Shown here: positions 1 through 12,588 of the stretch, one piece after another
Layout: every line of letters begins with the position of its first letter
How positions within the stretch are numbered: the first letter of the stretch is position 1
NCBI GenBank assembly: GCA_951406725.2
Contig: OX597824.1
Span: forward strand, 78,802,001 to 78,866,000
Direction of reading: 5' to 3'
Length of the DNA stretch: 64,000 bases
Origin: Octopus vulgaris
Taxonomy: Eukaryota
The notes under the pieces: model-generated
Told to the model about the DNA's origin: nothing
Databases searched by the model: none
Seen by the model: only the letters and a program-made list of their open reading frames with translations
Made by a program: the position numbers and the translations under genes

Positions 1-2614
1 CGGAACCATGTGGTCCGTAAGCTATCTATCTACTTACCACACAGTCACTCCTACGCCTATATATATAAAGACTTTGCCTTTCATCCTTTCGGGGTCGATA
101 AATAAAGTACCAGTTACGCACTGGGGTCGATGTAATCGACTTAATCCGTTTGTCTGTCTTTGTTTGTCCCCTCTATGTTTAACCCCTTGTGGGCAATAAA
201 GAAATATATATATAAGATGGGCTTCTTTGTTTCCGTCTTCCAAATCCACTCAAAGCTTTAATCATCTGATCAAAACATGCAAGAAGAAAATGGGACTTTG
301 TGACGTTCATGCCTCGCCCCAAGGTTTTGGCGCACCTGGCAATTCTTTTCTCCAACAATTATTACAAGATGAACAAACAAAAAAAAACTCTTGCCCAAGG
401 TGCCGCGCGGTGGAACTTGAAACCCAACCCACATGGTTGCGGAGCAAGTTTCTGGACCACACAACTACGTCTGCACCGATATCCTTTTTTTTTTTTTTTC
501 TTTTTAATTTTGTAACAATTAACGGCGAAAGGAATTATTAGGTGCGCTAAAAACTTGGGGTGAGGCATGAATATCACAGGGTCTCATTTCCTTGTTGCAT
601 GTTTCACATTGTTTAGCTCCATACATATTCTAATCGAATGCGTTCCAAATGTGACTATCCCATTTTATTTTCAAAAGTAGTAAACGGTATTCACTCCGCG
701 CGGTGGAACTTGAAACCCAACCCACATGGTTGCGGAGCAAGTTTCTGGACCACACAACTACGTCTGCTCCGATATCCTTTTTTTTTTTTTTTAATTTTGT
801 AACAATTAACGGCGAGCTGGCAGAAACGTTAGCACGCCAGGCGAAATGCTTAGAGGTATTTCGTCTGCGTTACGTTGTGAGTTCAAATTCCGCCGAGGTC
901 GACTTGGCCTTTCATCCTTTCGGGGTCGATAAATTAAGTACCAGTTACGCACTGGGGTCGATGTAATCGACTTAATACCTATGTCTGTCCTTGTTTGTCC
1001 CCTTGTGGTTAATAAAGAAATAGGTATTCACACTTTTTATGATTACTATTATTATTAGGACGATAGGATATGATTTGAGGCAGATATGGTGGTTACCTTT
1101 AGCTGGTCGGTTGACTACGTAGAGGCTGCCTTGTTGACTATCGTGAAATGCTATCATCGGACGAGTGATGGACAGCCGGTAACCTGAGCCGGCATGTCCT
1201 GTCGAAGTTTTTTTTTTTTTTCTTTCTTTCACTCAACTTGTGTCGTAGCTAAATAGTTTTGAAAATCACCTGATCCATCCCACCATCGCTACCCCATGAA
1301 TCTGAGGTAGGGGGTTTGTCTTGTGTTTCAAGTGCAGAAATTTGAGAAAAACTTGTCTCAACACGTATTCATTTATAGGAAGTAAAGTTGTTGTTCTTAG
1401 CTCCTGATCAAGTCCCCTGTCAGTAAGAAGTCTGAGCCAAGTCGTTCCAGCTGTGACTATTGTGTGCGATTGCGTATTAAGATAGATACACCAGTGCCCG
1501 TAGTAGTATTTATTTAAGACTAGGATGTAGTTTGAGGGCGATTTGGTTGCTGATTATATGCAAATGGGTCGACCACGTAGGTCCAGCCCTAGTAGGTTGG
1601 TAGGGTGCATTGTTAGGGGAGGCGCTGACGGTATGCGTCAGCAAAAACCTGTTAAGAAAATATAGCGAGAAAACGGTTTGTGTTGAATTATCGTGACAGA
1701 AAGAGATAAAGGTTTTGGGCGAGGCTGCTTTGGAGAATAAACAGCCTCTTGTTTTTATACCCAGGATATATATCTCATTGCACAGGCGGCATATTTTATT
1801 ACCTTTCATATATATATTTTTAATTCTATGATATTGAAAACATTATCTCAAAAGTATCTATTAAGGCTAAGTGCTGACTACATAAGAGAGGTATGCTATC
1901 TGTTTATTAGTAACTAGAGTTACCCTTCCTATGACGGGTAACTCCAAGAGGAATGTTTTGCCTTCGTGGGTACTATCAAAAAATATGGCTTAACTATGAT
2001 TTAAGTTTTATCAAATTTCTTGGCGCTTATACAAAATGATGAAATAAATATTAATTTTCAAAAGAAAAGTAAGTGATACCTTACTTTTTCTCTTTACTCT
2101 TTTACTTGTTTCAGTCATTTGACTGTGGCCATGCTGGAGCACCGCCTTTGGTCGAGCAAATCGACCCCAGGACTTATTCTTTGTACGCCTAGTACTTTTT
2201 CTATTGGTCTCTTACGGGGACGTAAGCACACCACCATCGATTGTCAGGCGATGTTGGGGGGACAAACATATACACAGACATACATATCTATATCAATATA
2301 TATATATATACACATATATACGACAGGCTTCTTTCAGTTTCCATCTACCAAATCCACTCACAAGGCTTTGGTTGGCCCGGGGCTATAGTAGAAGAGACTT
2401 GCCCAAGGTGTCACGCAGTGGGACTGAACCCGGAACCATGTGGTTCGTAAGCTAGCCACTTACCACACATCCACTCCTACGCCTTAAAGTAAAATGAAGT
2501 ATAAAAGACATTTTTTTTTTTATACCGCCTTCCATAACTATTCTGTCATTTTACTCCCTCTCATCCTTGTCTGCCTTTGATTCCTTCTTCTCTCACTGTG
2601 TGTATAGCGTTCTT

Positions 2615-3041
2615 GGCGATCTTTCGTCTCTAGTAGACCTTTCCGTCGATTTCCGTAAAAAAAATTTTTTTTTTTACATATGGGCTTGCGGGAACTTTTG
2701 AAGTAATGAGAGCGAAAGAGACTAAGAGAAAGCGATTGTATGACGAGGGAAATTCTTTTGAAGTTACCGTGCATGGGAAGCATTGATGTACATGTGTGTG
2801 TGTGTGTGTGTGTTTGATGGGGTGTGGGAGACAGGCAGTATGTTGTGTAAGTGAAGTGCTTCTGTTAGTGTGTGTGAAGAGACAGAATAATGTGTGAAAG
2901 AAAGAGATAACTGAAATTTTTTACTCGGTGTATGTGTATAGGTATGTATATTACTTCAAAAGTTCCCGCAAGCCCATATGTAAAAAAAAAAATTTTTTTA
3001 CGGAAATCGACGGAAAGGTCTACTAGAGACGAAAGATCCCC
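2615..3041. mobile_element. Merlin-like MITE with about 93-bp near-perfect TIRs
   Basis: 2615-2707 is the reverse complement of 2950-3041, differing by one substitution and one base in an A-run. GG...CC termini. 8-bp TSD GCGTTCTT at 2607-2614 and 3042-3049. Confidence 0.8.
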
Positions 3042-4810
3042 GCGTTCTTTTACTCATTACCTGCCACCTAGCCTAATATGTAGGCTCATCCGGCATCTCT
3101 TATCTCTCTTTTTCTCTCTCACTGTGTGTGCGTGCGCACGCTTTCATCATTCCTTTACTCGTTGCCTGCTACCAAGCCTAGCACTCGCCCTGCACATCTT
3201 ACGTTAACTCTCTCTATGTATTTCTCTTTTACACTCTATCTCCCTCTCTCTATACAGTGTAAAAACGACTGGAGAAATCAACCAACTTTTATATCAGTTT
3301 TTATTATCATTATTATTATTCGTGGTATTTCGTCTGCCGTTACGTTCAGAGTTCAAATTCCGCCAAGGTCGACTTTGCCTTCCATCCTTTCAAGGTCGAT
3401 TAAATAAGTACCAGTTAAGCACTGAGGTCGATGTAATCACCTTGATCTCGTCCCCCAAGCTGCCCTTGTGACAAACATTTGAAATCATGATTATTATTAT
3501 TATTATTATTGAGATGGTGAGCTGGCAGAATTGTTAGCATGCTGGACGAAATGCTTAGCAGTATTGCGCCCGTTGCTACGTTCCGGGTTCAAATTCCGCC
3601 GAGGTCGACTTTACCTTTCATCCTTTCAGGGTCGATGAAATAAGTACCAGTTAAACACTGGGCTTGTCCTTTTGGTGGTCAGGGTGATCCTGGATCTGTG
3701 GAGTTTCTTTGATTGACCCTAGTTGGAGGTTCACCAGTATCAGGAGGACTCCATCATTCAAATGTTCACATACTTTGCATATTCTGTATACTTTTATCTT
3801 ATTTCACCATCTCCTCCTTTTCCTTCACCTTCCATGTAAACACCCACGCAAGCTGTAAGCAGTCTGTGTAATATTCCTCTCATCTGATGCCCCTGTGGCA
3901 AATAAAAGAAATCATTATCATCATCATCATTATTATTATGGCAAAACTCTACATTAACTCCTCCAGTGCTTTCCTCCTCTTATATAATTTTTTAATTCAA
4001 AATTCCCATCTCTGCCCATCCTTGATCATTAAAACTAATGATTTTTTTTTTCTTTTTCTTCTTGCTAGGTGTAATTTTAATTAAGAAAATTTTTTAATCA
4101 TTACATTAAGTACGTTCGGTTCCATTTCACCACATATATGCATATACTTAGACTGGGATGATCAAACCTAGAACATCATTCAAAGCTTTCTAGAAACACT
4201 TATCATTTCTTTGAAGAATTACCATTTTTTATGGCAGTGGCATATGATTATATTTCATGAAATTCTATCAAATATTTTAGTAAGTTAATGCTAATATATG
4301 TGATATTTTGAGTGTTAAAAGTCTTCGTTATCATCATCATTATTTAACATCCGTTTTTCATGCTGGCAGGGATTGGATGGTTCAGTGAGAGCCAGTGAGC
4401 ATAGGACTGCGTCAAGCCCTAATGTTGTGGTTTTTATAGCTGGATATCCTTCTGAGTGCAAACCACTTTACAGTGTGTACTGGATGCTTTTTACATGACC
4501 CTGGCACTTGCGAGCTCACCAAGTAACTCACAAGGCCAGATCCACAACTGACGAGGTACAGCTTCAAGAGAGGTGGCCTTATGCCAGGTGATGGGAAATT
4601 AAAGTATGACAGAGGGACAGGTGGCTTGTTGTAGAGGGGATACATGGCTACCCCAGTTGTAAAAGTAAGAAGATAGTTGTAAAGATGTGACAGGAAGCTG
4701 AATATTAGAGTAGTAAAGAAGATTGGACAGGGTGAGTGGGTAGGTATGTCAGTTTGCAAGGATGCAAAAGGGAGAAGCAGATGAATAAAGATGGTGATAG
4801 AGGTGAATTG

Positions 4811-5116
4811 TGGAGGTGCATGGCTCAGTGGTTAGAGCATTGGGCTTACAATCATGAGGTAGTGAGTTCAATTCCTGGACCAGGCTGTGTGTTGTGTTCT
4901 TGAGCAAGACACTATATGTCATGTTGCTCCAGTTTGCTCAGCTGTTGAAAGGAGTTGCAATGTCTCTGGTGCCAAGCTGTATCGACCTTTGCCTTTTCCC
5001 TGGATAACATCGGTGGTGGGGAGGCTGGTGTGAATGGGAGACTGCTGGTCCTCCATGAATAACCTTGCTCAGACTTGTGCCTCAGAGAGGAACTTTCTAT
5101 GAGCAATCCCATGGGC
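4811..5116 (+). mobile_element. SINE family E (tRNA head plus TGTGTTCTTGAGCAAGACACT domain)
   Basis: GGAGGTGCATGGCTCAGTGGTTAGAGC...GAGTTCAATTCCTGG (A and B boxes). Related copies at about 12130-12374(-), 18445-18720(+), 25918-26210(+) and 28005-28347(-). Confidence 0.8.
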
Positions 5117-5376
5117 TTTACACTTTTAGAGGTGAATGCAAAGAATGGAGAACATGGGTAGAGGCATGGTCAGTCATAAATATCAGTTGGTGGGGGTCAG
5201 GGAGGTAGGTGACATCACAGATGCTAAATAAAAATGTTGTGAGATAGACACACAGACATATAGACAGCAGTAAAAAGCTGAAGACAAACATGGTGAGACA
5301 CATAGACAAGGATATCTAAGTAAGTTAGTCTTAACAGCTAATACCTGGTACTTCTCAGCACCTCACCTAAGTTACC

Positions 5377-5594
5377 TATTTCTTTACTACCCACAAGGGG
5401 CTAAACACAGAGGAGACAAACAAGGACAGACACTCGGATTAAGTCGTTTATATCGACCCCAGTGCGTAACTGGTACTTAATTTATCGACCCCGAAAGGAT
5501 GAAAGGCAAAGTCGACCTCGGCGGAATTTGAACTCAGAACGTAACAGCAGACGAAATACCACTTAGCATTTGCCCAGCGTGCTAACGTTTCTGC
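5377..5594 (-). mobile_element. SINE family B with TSD
   Basis: Flanked by CACCTCACCTAAGTTACC at 5359-5376 and 5595-5612. Other - copies at about 5688-5909, 47108-47335, 54700-54914 and 57078-57310. Confidence 0.9.
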
Positions 5595-6927
5595 CACCTC
5601 ACCTAAGTTACCGCACCCCTTTCTATTATCCATCTCAATCATGGGAATTCTTTTGTTGTGTCAGGTACAAAGTGGCAGACGAAATACCTACTTCTTTACT
5701 ACCCACAAGGGACTAAACATAGAGAGGACAGACAAACGGATTAAGTTGATTATATTGACACCAGCGCGTTACTGGTACTTAATTTATCGACCCTGAAAGG
5801 ATGAAAGGCAAAGTCAACCTCGGCGGAATTTGAACTCAGAACGTAGCGGCAGATGAAATACTGCAAAGCATTTCGCCCGGTGTGCTAACGTTTCTGCCAG
5901 CTCGCTGCCTTTTTTAAAAATTATCCTCTGCTTTAATTGTTTTACCAAACCATTTTGGGTTCTGCTCTGCAGCGTCTACATCTCTTGACCAATCCCATCT
6001 ATAATAATGATGATTATAATGGTTTCAAACTTTAGCACAAGGCCAGCAGTTTTTATGGGAAAGGGGGAAGTCAATTACAAAAACCTCAGTAGTTGACTGG
6101 TACTTACTAAATCGACCTAAAGGGATGAAAGACAAAGTAGAGCTGGGTGGAATTTGAACTCAGTCAAATATTTAAATAAATTAGCATACCAGATGAAATG
6201 CAGAAAAACATTTTGTTCAGTGTGTTAATGGTTTTACCAGCTCACCACCTTAGTAATCATAATAGTAGAAGTAGTAGTAGTAGTAGTATCAATAGCAGGA
6301 AACTAATTAAAACCCGGTGCCTGTTTCATTTAGTTAGTATTGATTGGTAGTAATTAATCTGTATAAATAATTAATTGTAGTCAACATTTAATTGCTTTTA
6401 TAATGTGCATTGTTAATTAATTGTACATTCGTTTCTATGGAAATCCTCGGCTGTTGTATTGAAATGTTAGCAGGAATTGATCAATATCTGCAAATCCTGC
6501 TGGTGACATTTTTTTACCATTTCTAGCTTATCTATAGAGTCAGTTTTTACATTATTGGTAAACTCTCTCTCTATATATATCTAGTTACCTTATCTCTCAG
6601 TTACGGAAAGGGTGGTGTGTGTGGGTGTGTGTTGAAACCGAATCTATTCAGACACACGCAGACATATGTTACAGTATCAAAACACTGTCTTGATATTCTG
6701 GTTATTAATGGACAGACCTCCAACTGAGAACAATCCAAGTTCTAGTTTACATTTTTATTAGGTGTATTTTTACTCTACTTCCTTTGGGCAGTTTGAAAAG
6801 GTGAGAAATCCAAGCTGCTGGAATCCTTATGACTTCAACGCGGGGACTTAATTTCACAGCAAGATTAATTACATGTTTACTTAAACACATGAATATGACT
6901 GTCTTTGTGTGTGTACATATAATCAAT

Positions 6928-6962
<35 letters not shown>

Positions 6963-7480
6963 TCTCTCTTTTTACTCTCTTTTACTTGTTTCAGTCATTT
7001 GACTGCGGCCATGCTGGAGCACCGCCTTTAATCGAGCAACTCGACCCCAGGACTTATTCTTTTTGTAAGCCCAGTATTTATTCTATCGGTCTCTTTTGCC
7101 GAACCGCTAAGTAACGGGGACATAAACACACCAGCGTCGGTTGTCAAGCAATGCTAGAGGGACAAACACACACACACATATATATATATACATATATATA
7201 TATCTGATCTGGCAGTGTTTCTACGGCTGGATGCCATTCCTAACGCCAACCACTCCGTGAGTGTAGTGGGTGCTTTTTACGTGCCACCTGCACGGGTGCC
7301 AGACGAGGCTGGCAACGGCCACAATCAGATGGTGCATTTTACGTGCCACCAGCACGGAGGCCAGATTGATTTCAATATAAGATGACCCAGCATGTCATTC
7401 AGTTGCTTGTATGTGTCTACAATAAGACATCAAACCAATTTTAGATTTATGTGTTTCAAAAAAAAAATGGATTTAATAGC

Positions 7481-7892
7481 AACTAGAAAAGCACTCAGAA
7501 AGCACAGACCTCCACCAAGCAGCTCATTTTAAGATAGATACACAAGTAAAATTACTAATTGAGAAACAAAAATAAACTTTGGAAACAGCAACGCCATCAT
7601 AGGTTACGTGGAAACGACAAACGTGTTTGCGAGGAAGATAATCAAAGAACATAACATTGTAATACTTCATGTAAAGTAAATATAACAAATGAAAAATCCT
7701 TCATAAATCAATAAAAAATTCCCGGATCACTACCAAAATTTCTTCAGCTGTTCCTTGTGTCATTATCGACTTTTCCTGCAAGTTTCATCAAATACCATTG
7801 ACGACTTTTCGAGTTATTTTGCACACAGACAGACAGACGGATGGACAAACCAACACCGATGAAAACATGACCTCCTTTCTTGGCGGAGGTAA
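7481..7892 (+). mobile_element. Helentron-associated / DINE-1-like non-autonomous element
   Basis: Subterminal inverted repeat ACCTCCACCAAG (7508-7519) versus CTTGGCGGAGGT (7879-7890), short terminal hairpin ACCTCC...GGAGGT, and an internal (GACA)n microsatellite at about 7826-7846. Confidence 0.6.
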
Positions 7893-7910
7893 TAATAATA
7901 ATAATAATAA

Positions 7911-8280
7911 TTGTGTACAGTGCTCAGGTGCACTACAACTCATCTAAAGTGTATATATAATCAGGTGTAGTTTCGGAAAGCATGAGGGCCATAAGGGATG
8001 CAGTGTCATGGCAGTCAACAACTGACGCAGGCAGTTTATTCCATGCTTCAGCAACTCTGAGCATGAAAAAATGTTTCCGAAAGTCATGGGAGCTGTGTTG
8101 TTTTCTGACTTTGTAAGCATCTCCACGTGTGTTAGACACATGGAGATCAAAAAGGTGTTCAGTGTTGTTGTTGGTGAGGTGGTTGATAACTTTGTGGGTG
8201 GTTACCAAGTTCGTCGCCAGACACCGGAGCTTCAGTGAATCAATGCCCAGGGAAACAAGGCGCTCAGAATATGGTAGGTA
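7911..8280 (-). mobile_element. CR1/L2-clade LINE, 5'-truncated 3' end (ORF2 C-terminus plus simple-repeat tail)
   Basis: Minus-strand translation YLPYSERLVSLGIDSLKLRCLATNLVTTHKVINHL...NTRGDAYKVRKQHSSHDFRKHFFMLRVAEAWNKLPASVV matches the CR1 ORF2 C-terminal pattern (YEERL..L.SL..RR...TRGH..K...R..FFS.RVV..WN.LP..VV). Adjacent (TTA)n tail at 7891-7910. Confidence 0.85.
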
Positions 8281-8445
8281 ATAAATAGGATCTGAACCAT
8301 TGAGCAGTTCATGCAGTCATTTGATTATAGAGGTGAAATTTGCGTGTAGATCCATCATATGTTTTTTGGGGGTTTTTTTAACCTTGCCAATAAAATAAAT
8401 CGCTGCAAAGTAATACCATGGTCCTATAGCTTTTTTCACTTGTAG

Positions 8446-8507
8446 AAGGTATTTCTCACCTAGATAGCATGCCAACAGAGGCTAAAGAACACCCACCCGC
8501 CTGTAAG
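8446..8507 (+). other. Candidate small exon
   Basis: Acceptor TTTTTTCACTTGTAG at 8445, donor AAG|GTAAGA at 8508, internal ATG at 8469 (MPTEAKEHPPACK). Splice-signal evidence only. Confidence 0.25.
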
Positions 8508-8583
8508 GTAAGATATTACATGCCAGGCACCTTCCTAGTACTTGAGATTTATTGAAACTAAGTTCATCCCGAAGCATACATAA

Positions 8584-8718
8584 GTGTGTGGGCATGTGTG
8601 TGTGTTTGTCTGTGTATGTATGTATTTATGTATGTGGGTGTGTGTATATATACACACACACACTTATGTGTATATACATATATACACACTCATATGTGTA
8701 TATACACACACACACTCT

Positions 8719-8760
<42 letters not shown>

Positions 8761-9160
8761 CACACTCGTGTATGTGTATACATATACACGCATGTATGTA
8801 TATACATATACACACATGTATGTATATACATACACATGTATGTATATACATATACACACGTATGTATATACATATACACACATGTATGTATATACATATA
8901 CACGCGCGTATGTATATACATATACACGCACGTATGTATATACATACACACGCGTATGTATATACATACACATGCATGTATGGTATATACATATACACAC
9001 TCATGTATGTGTGTAAACGTATACACACACATGTATGTATGTGTATACATACACACACACTCATGTATGTGTAAAGATATACACACACTTGTGTATGCAT
9101 ATACACACTTGTGTTTGTATATACACACACATGTATGTGTAGGTGTTTATATACATATAA
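8584..9160. repeat. Compound (TA/CA/TG) microsatellite with an approximately 24-bp unit (TATGTATATACATATACACACACG-like)
   Basis: Seen directly in the sequence. Confidence 0.95.
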
Positions 9161-9730
9161 AACAGAGAGCGAGATGGATATATAGATAGATGAATAGATA
9201 ATGTACATAGATACACCCTTACATACTCATGTGGTAATACTATTATTAGTAATAGCAGTATAACTACTGCAGAATCAGCCCTATCTCTTCATCGCTCCCA
9301 TATCATTGTCAGTGGGGTTTCATATCTATGTTATGTCTTGTTGCTACTATTTTGTTATTAGTCATAAGCTGGTTTCTAACCACACCCTTTGTGGGGGGAG
9401 AAAAAAAAAATCAGTATTTCCATTTCTGAGTAGGTGGAGGAAAGGAGATTGTGAACAAATGTGTTTGTATATATTTGATTATACATACATGTCTGATTAA
9501 AAAGTTTGTTTCACAGCCACGTGGTTTTGCAGGCTCAGTCTTACTGAGCAGCACAATGAAAAATGTGTCTTGCTCTATAACCCTGGGCTGACCAGTAACT
9601 CCTCAGTGGATTTGTTTTGGCCAGAAATTTGCAGAAGCACTTCATTGATATGTATTTCTGTCTGTTTCTTGTTGATTGACAATCGGTGTTGCTTTGTTAA
9701 TGTTTCTGTCTCTCAGTGGTTCACCTAAAC

Positions 9731-10517
9731 CAGGGGTGGGAAAACCCCTGCCCGCAGGCGCAATTGCACCCATGAGCCCATTTTATTGTGCCCACAGGTT
9801 GGTATACTTGTATGTACAGAATATAGTAAATCTTTCAGGTGCTAAGAGCACTAACCGAGCATGATTGTTGCCAGAGCGGCTAACTGGCTTCCATGCTGGT
9901 GGCACGTAAAAGGCACCATTCGAGCGTGATTGTCACCAGCGTCGCCTTAATGGCACATGTAAAAACATTCAAGCGAGGTCGTTGCCAGTACCGCCTGACT
10001 GGCCCCCTGTGCCAGTGGCACGTAAAAGCACCCACTACACTCTCGGGGTGGTTGGCGTTAGGAAGGGCGTCCAGCTGTACAAACTCTGCCAGATCAAGAT
10101 TGGAACCTAGTGCAGCCATCTGGTTTGCCAGCCCTCAGTCAAATCATCTAACCCATGCTAGCATGGAAAGCAGACGTTAAACGATGATGATGATGATACA
10201 ATATACATATGCTTATGTGCAAAAATCATCCAGTAATTGCCATTTGAATGGAAATTTTGTTTTCTCTATAAAACACATATTGCCATGTTTGTACCACCCC
10301 CTTGAGACCCAACTATGCTCTAGCTGAAAAATAGATTACCTGATAAGTAATATAAATGTCCTAAATTGAGTGGCAGCGTTAATTTAATGTCTTACACTTA
10401 TCTTTATTAATATATACAAGATTTATACAAATATAAGAATTAGAGCTTGTGATCCGCCTGCGGACCTTTATCTTTGGAAATTTTTTCTCGCCGCACTAAA
10501 AAGTCTCCCTACCCCTG
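9731..10517. mobile_element. Non-autonomous hAT (Buster/Charlie type) DNA transposon with a nested SINE
   Basis: TIRs CAGGGGTGGGAAAAC and (revcomp) CAGGGGTAGGGAGAC. Perfect 8-bp TSD ACCTAAAC at 9723-9730 and 10518-10525, with the central TA typical of Buster elements. SINE inserted at about 9836-10196. Confidence 0.85.
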
Positions 10518-10712
10518 ACCTAAACTGTAGCGATAGACTAGGTACCACACTTAGAGAATAAGTACTGCGGTTCATATGATCCAGCATGGCCGCAGTGCAA
10601 TGACTGAAACAAGTAAAAGAATATCTGTGAGTATATATATACACATGCACACAATACAACACATGCCAGCATGGAACACGAACATGATGTACATATATAC
10701 ATACATGTGTGG

Positions 10713-10754
<42 letters not shown>

Positions 10755-10755
<1 letters not shown>

Positions 10756-10975
10756 TGAGAGGGTGCTGAAAAGTTCCTGGCTTTAAGGGTATTGCAAGGG
10801 GCCTGGCTGGATGCCCAACCTTCAGAGATCTTTACAGGGGCTTAGTAAAACTGAAGGACTGCTGCAATAAGTGTGTGGATCTGAGAGGGGAATATGTTGA
10901 ATAAAATCATAACTAATAATCTAGTATCTTCTTTTACCCAGAACCCAGACCTTTTGATCATCCACCTCCCTTGTA
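10755..10975 (+). mobile_element. mariner-derived MITE retaining the transposase C-terminus
   Basis: Starts GAGAGGGTGCTGAAAAGTTCCTGG (mariner-like TIR). Encodes KLKDCCNKCVDLRGEYVE*, matching the mariner C-terminal motif KL..RW.KC...GEYVE. Degenerate right TIR ends CCTTGTA. Confidence 0.7.
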
Positions 10976-12588
10976 TTCATATATATATAGGCACGCACAT
11001 ACATAAGTTTAATAGTCCAACCCTTGCCAACATAGACAAGATTATGTATGTATACACATGTATGTTCTTTAAATGTACATCCGTTTTCCGCATTGTCAGA
11101 AATGTTTATACGTTTATGACTAAGCCTTCTCATGTATGACATGCATCATTGGTCACACACTGCGTGTTTGATATATAATATTCAAAAGTATGTGTGGGCG
11201 TGTGTATACAGATGTGTGCATGTGTTATATATTATGTATATAGATGCAGGAATAGATAACATGTATACTCTTACTCTTTTACTTGTTTCAATCATTTGAC
11301 TGCGGCCATGCTGGAGCACCGCCTTTAATCGAGCAACTCGACCCCGGGACTTATTCTTTTGTAAGCCCAGTACTTATTCTATCGGTCTCTCTTGCCGAAT
11401 CGCTAAGTAACAGGGACATAAACACACCAGCATCGGTTGTCAAGCAATGTTAGGGGGACAAACACAGACACACAAACACACACATGTATATATATATATA
11501 CATACATATATACGACAGGCTTCTTTACAAGGCTTTGGTCGACCTGAAGCTATATTAGAAGACACTTGCCCAAGGTGTCACACAGTGGGACTGGACCCGG
11601 AACCATGTCGTTGGTAAACAAGCTACTTACCACACAGCCACTCCTGCGCCTATATATATATATATATGCGCCTATATATATGTATATGTATGTATGTATA
11701 TATATATATATATATATATGAGTGCAAGAACACTTTAGATAAAGTCCTTGGTATGCTGTGCCTGAATAAGGTGGCGAGCTGGTAGAATTGTTACCAGGCT
11801 GGGCAAAATGCTTAGCAGCATTTTGTCCATCTTTATATTCTGAGTTCAAATTCCACTGAGGTTGTCTTTGCCTTTCATCCTTTTGGGGTCGAGAAAAATA
11901 AGCACCAGTTGTGCACTGGGGTCATTGTGATCGACTTACCTCCTCCTCCATAATTGCTGGCCTTGTACCAAAATTTGAGACCAATAGGCTGTGTGCCTGA
12001 ATATAAGGCAAGACTGTTTCCACTAGAATGTCTTTGATCTTAGCCCTATCAGGAGTAGGACTGATCCAAGGGTAAACAACAACACTTTTGTGCATGATGC
12101 AGTGGTGTGTAATTTGATATAATAAATAAAAATAAATGCGTCCTTTTAAAGCCTAGCCAGGCTCATGGGCCCAGTTTCTATGGTGTATGTGTTCCCCAGC
12201 TGGACAGGATGCCAGTCCATCGCAGCATTACTCATTTTTGCCAGTTGAGTGGACTGGAGCAACGTGAAATGAAGTGTTTTGCTCAAGAACAAAACGCGTC
12301 GCATGGTCCAGGAATCGAAACCACAATCTTACGATCATGGTACTGACACCCTAACCACAAAGCCATGTGCCTCCTGCAATTTGATATGCTGGCTTCAAAT
12401 TTTGGCACAAGACCAGTAATTTCGAGACAGGAGTTAAGTCAGTTACATCAACCCCAATGTGCAACTGGTACTTGTTTTATCAACCCTGAAAGGATAAAAG
12501 ACAAAACCGACCCCAGTAGCATTTGAACTCAGTACACAGTACATAAAACCCGAAGAGATGCTGTTAAACATTTTGTTCAGTACATTAA

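Noticed and set aside
6452-6512. Small hairpin AAATGTTAGCAGGAATTG...CAAATCCTGCTGGTGACATTT
   Set aside because: The stem is short and bulged and matches no miRNA I recognise; insufficient support.
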